A stretch of 63,878 bases of DNA, the filler included, from Chiloscyllium plagiosum (lineage: Eukaryota): assembly GCF_004010195.1 (NCBI RefSeq). It is 5 parts of one record of this genome, joined end to end, with 100 filler letters (N's around TTAATTAATTAA, not from the genome) between each part and the next. Parts side by side here need not be neighbours in the genome. Positions count along the whole stretch, not along the records: positions 60,822 to 63,878 come from NC_057717.1; 4 more parts are not named here. The stretch is one strand, 5' to 3'. The position numbers and the translations under genes were made by a program. Under the pieces are notes generated by a model. The model had not been told where the DNA came from. It saw nothing but the letters and a program-made list of their open reading frames with translations, and did not search any database. This document shows, one piece after another, positions 60,822 through 63,878 of this stretch (positions are counted from its first letter, which is position 1; each line of letters begins with the position of its first letter).

Positions 60822-62702
60822 GAAGCTTATGTCAAGTATAGACAGGATAGATCGAGTGAATCCTTAGAAGAGTATAAAGGAAGTAGGAGTATACTTAAGA
60901 GGGAAATCAGAAGGGCAAAAAGGGGGCATGAGATATCGTAGGCAAATAGAATTAAGGAAAATCCAAAGGGTTTTTACAAATATATTAAGGACAAAAGGGT
61001 AATGAGGGAGAGAATAGGGCCCCTCAAAGACCAGCAAGGGGGCCTTTGTGTGGAGCCACAGAAAATGGGGGAGATACTAAATGAATATTTTGCATCAGTA
61101 TTTAATGTGGCAAAGGATATGGAAGACATAAACTGTAGGGAAATAGATGGTTACATCTTGCAAAACGTCCGGATTACAGAGGAGGAAGTGCTGGGTATCT
61201 TGAAACCGTTAAAGGGGGATAAATCCCCATGACCTGATCAGGTGTAACCGAGAACTCTGTGGGAAGCTAGAGAAGTGATTGCTGGGCCTCTTGCTGAGAT
61301 ATTTGTATCATTGATAATCACAAGTGAGGTGCCGGAGGACTGGAGGTTGGTGGGCAAGTTGTCGGAGGGAATCCTGAGGGACAGGATGTACAAGTATTTG
61401 GAAAGGCAAGGACTGATTAGCGATAATCAACATGGCTTTGTACGTGGGAAATCATGTCTCACAAACGTGATTGTGTTATTCGAAGAAGTAACAAAGAAGA
61501 TTGATGAGGGCAGAGCAGTAGATGTGATCTATATGGACATCAATGAGGCGTTCGACAAGGTTTCCTGTGGGAGACTGATTAGCAAGGTTAGATCTCATGG
61601 AATAAAAGGAGAACTCGCCATTTGGATACAGAACTAGCTCAAAGATAAAACACAAGGGGTGGTGGTGGAGGGTTGTTTTTCAGACTGGAAGCCTGTGACC
61701 AGTGGAGTGCCACAAGGATCGGTGATGGATCCTATACTTATTGTCATTTACACAAATGATTTGGATCCGAGCATTTGATGTACAGTTAGTAAGTTTGCAG
61801 ATGACACCAAAATTGGAGGTGTAGTGGACAGCGAAGAGGGTTACCTCAGATTACAACAGGATCTGGACCAGATGGGCCAATGGGCTGAGAAGTGGCAGAT
61901 GGAGGTTAATTCAGATAAATGCAAGGTGCTGCATTTTGGGAAAGCAAATCTTAGCAGGACTTATACGCTTAATGATAAGGTCCTAGGGAGTTTTGCTGAA
62001 CAAAGAGACCTTGGAGTGCAGGTTCATATTTCCTTGTAAGTGGAGTCGCAGATAGATAGGATAGTGAAGAAGACGTTTGATTTGCTTTCCTTTGTTGGTC
62101 AGAGTATTGAGTACAAGAGTTGGGAGGTCATGTTGCGGCTGTAAAGGACAATAGTTAGGCCACGGTTGGAGTATTGCGTGCAATTATAGTCTCCTTCGTA
62201 TTGGAAAGATGCCGTGAAACTTGAAAGGGTTCAGAAAAGATTTACAAGGATGTTGCCAGGGTTGGAGGATTTGAGCTATAGGGAGATGTTGAATTGGCTG
62301 GGGCTGTTTTCCCTGGAGCGTCGGAGGCTGTGAGGTGACCTTATAGAGGTTTACAAAATTATGAGGGGCATGGATAGGATAAATACACAAAGTCTTCTCC
62401 CTGGTATCGGGGAGTCCAGAACTAGAGGGCATAGGTTTAGGTTGAGAGGGGAAAGATATAAAAGAGACCAAAGAGTGGTACATGTATGAAATGAGCTGCC
62501 AGAGGAAGTGTGTGGAGGCTGATGCAATTGCGACATTTAAGAGGCATTTGGATGGATATATGAATAGGAAGGGTTTGGAACGGTATGGGCCGGGTGCTGG
62601 CAGGTGGGACGAAATTGGGTAGGGATATCTGGTCGGCTGGACAGGTTGGAGCGAAAGGTCTGTTTCCATGCTGTGCATTTCTATGACTCTATGACTCTAT
62701 GA
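60822..62702 (+). mobile_element. CR1 LINE ORF2 RT region to 3' end
   Basis: GEILNEYFASVF, NQHGFVRGKSCLTN, YMDINEAFDKV, GVPQGSV, FADDTK, LQQDLDQMGQWAEKWQM; (atgactct)n tail. Confidence 0.93.
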
Positions 62703-62719
62703 GTGAAATCAGCGGCCAC

Positions 62720-63878
62720 TGCCATAGGAACTATGTGGCAATGTGTTTACAGGCCGTTGCTAAGAGAAGAGAATGCGAATGGGTTCAAAGATTATGCTAT
62801 GGAACAATACTGGAGATTGGTTCAACGGCTATTGCTGGGGAAACAGACTGGAGATGGATTCACCGGATGTTGCTTGGGTAGCAGAAGTGCAATGGGTTCG
62901 CAGGCATTTGTGTGGAGCACAGAGGGGAATGGTTTCAATGGACGTTTGGTTAAAAAAAAAGTGGGGAGGGGTTTTATTACCGTTGCTAGGGTATCAGAGT
63001 ATAGATGAACTTAATGTCCGCTACAAGATGAACATTATAGTAAAGGGTTCACAGGCATCTGTTCGCAGAACAGATTGAAGATGGTCTCAGAGACTGGTGC
63101 TGGATAATGGAGTGTGGATGAGTTCACAGCCGTTGCGAGCTGAACTGAGTAGCATTGGGTTCACAGGCAATTGTTGGGAGTACAGTTTGCGAATTTTTTC
63201 TCAGGACGTTAACTGGAGAACAGAGATGACATGAGTTCACAGGCCATTGCTAACCTAACACTGAGGGGACGGGGTCTCAGTCCGTGGTGAGTAGACTGTT
63301 AATGGATTTAATTGCAGTCGCTAGGGAAACACGCTCCGTTTGCGTTCACAGGCTGTTTTTCGGAGAAAAGTGTGTAAATGGGCTCACGATTTTCTTTATA
63401 GTAGAACAGTGTCGGGATTGGTTCACAGGCCGTTGCCAGTGGAACAGAGTGGGGATCGGTTCACAGGCAGTTTCTATGGGTACAGAGTGGGAATTAGTTC
63501 ACAGGCTGTAGCTAGGGAAACACAGTAGGATTGACAGCCTGTTGTTGGGGAAACAGTGGCAATTGGCTCACTGGCTGTCGTTAGGAGAATAGAGTGGGAA
63601 TGGGTTCAAAGGCCGTTGCTGGGAGAACAGAGTGAGGATGCGTTGACAGGACGTCACCAGCGGAACGTAATGTGAACGGTTTTAAAGAGTGTTGCTTTGG
63701 GGAAAGGGTAGGAATGAGTTCTGAGGCCGTTGCTGGGAGAACAGAGAGGGAATGAGTTCGCAGGTCGTTGCTCAGAGAACACAGTCGGCACGTGATCACA
63801 TGTATTTCCTTGGTGAACAGATTGGGGATGGTGTCACAAGCCATTACGAGACCAGCACAGTAAGGATGGGTTCACAGG
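62720..63878. repeat. degenerate ~38-bp satellite array (continues off window)
   Basis: gggttcacaggccgttgctgggagaacagagtgggaat-like units, e.g. at 63421, 63459, 63497 and 63716, 63754. Confidence 0.85.

Overview
Repeat-dense, GC-moderate eukaryotic DNA, most likely from a shark. This rests on an HE1/V-SINE-type SINE and abundant CR1 and Penelope-type repeats; the species cannot be proven from the sequence alone. There are six assembly gaps. The only host-gene signal is a minus-strand, two-exon GPR139/GPR142-like class A GPCR. Exon 1 (~28129-28292) is not recognisable in the ORF track, exon 2 is at 1551-2459, and a phase-1 GT-AG intron of about 25.7 kb separates them. Three frameshifts make it a probable pseudogene. 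The rest is layered mobile DNA: many CR1-type LINE fragments; Penelope-like elements whose termini carry minimal hammerhead-ribozyme motifs, one with an intact core; two decayed copies of a Ty3/Gypsy element, the more complete one in the unusual Gmr1-type order gag-PR-IN-RT-RH; solo LTRs; a fossil Harbinger (HARBI1-like) transposase; and mini- and microsatellites. Several segmental duplications are present (a ~4.5 kb inverted pair, an inverted Gypsy pair sharing a nested insertion, an old direct duplication and a tandem duplication), suggesting a rearranging gene-cluster region. I found no convincing wholly new system. Nearly all listed ORFs are TE fragments or spurious. Identities quoted are by-eye estimates, and TE boundaries are approximate unless a TSD is given.
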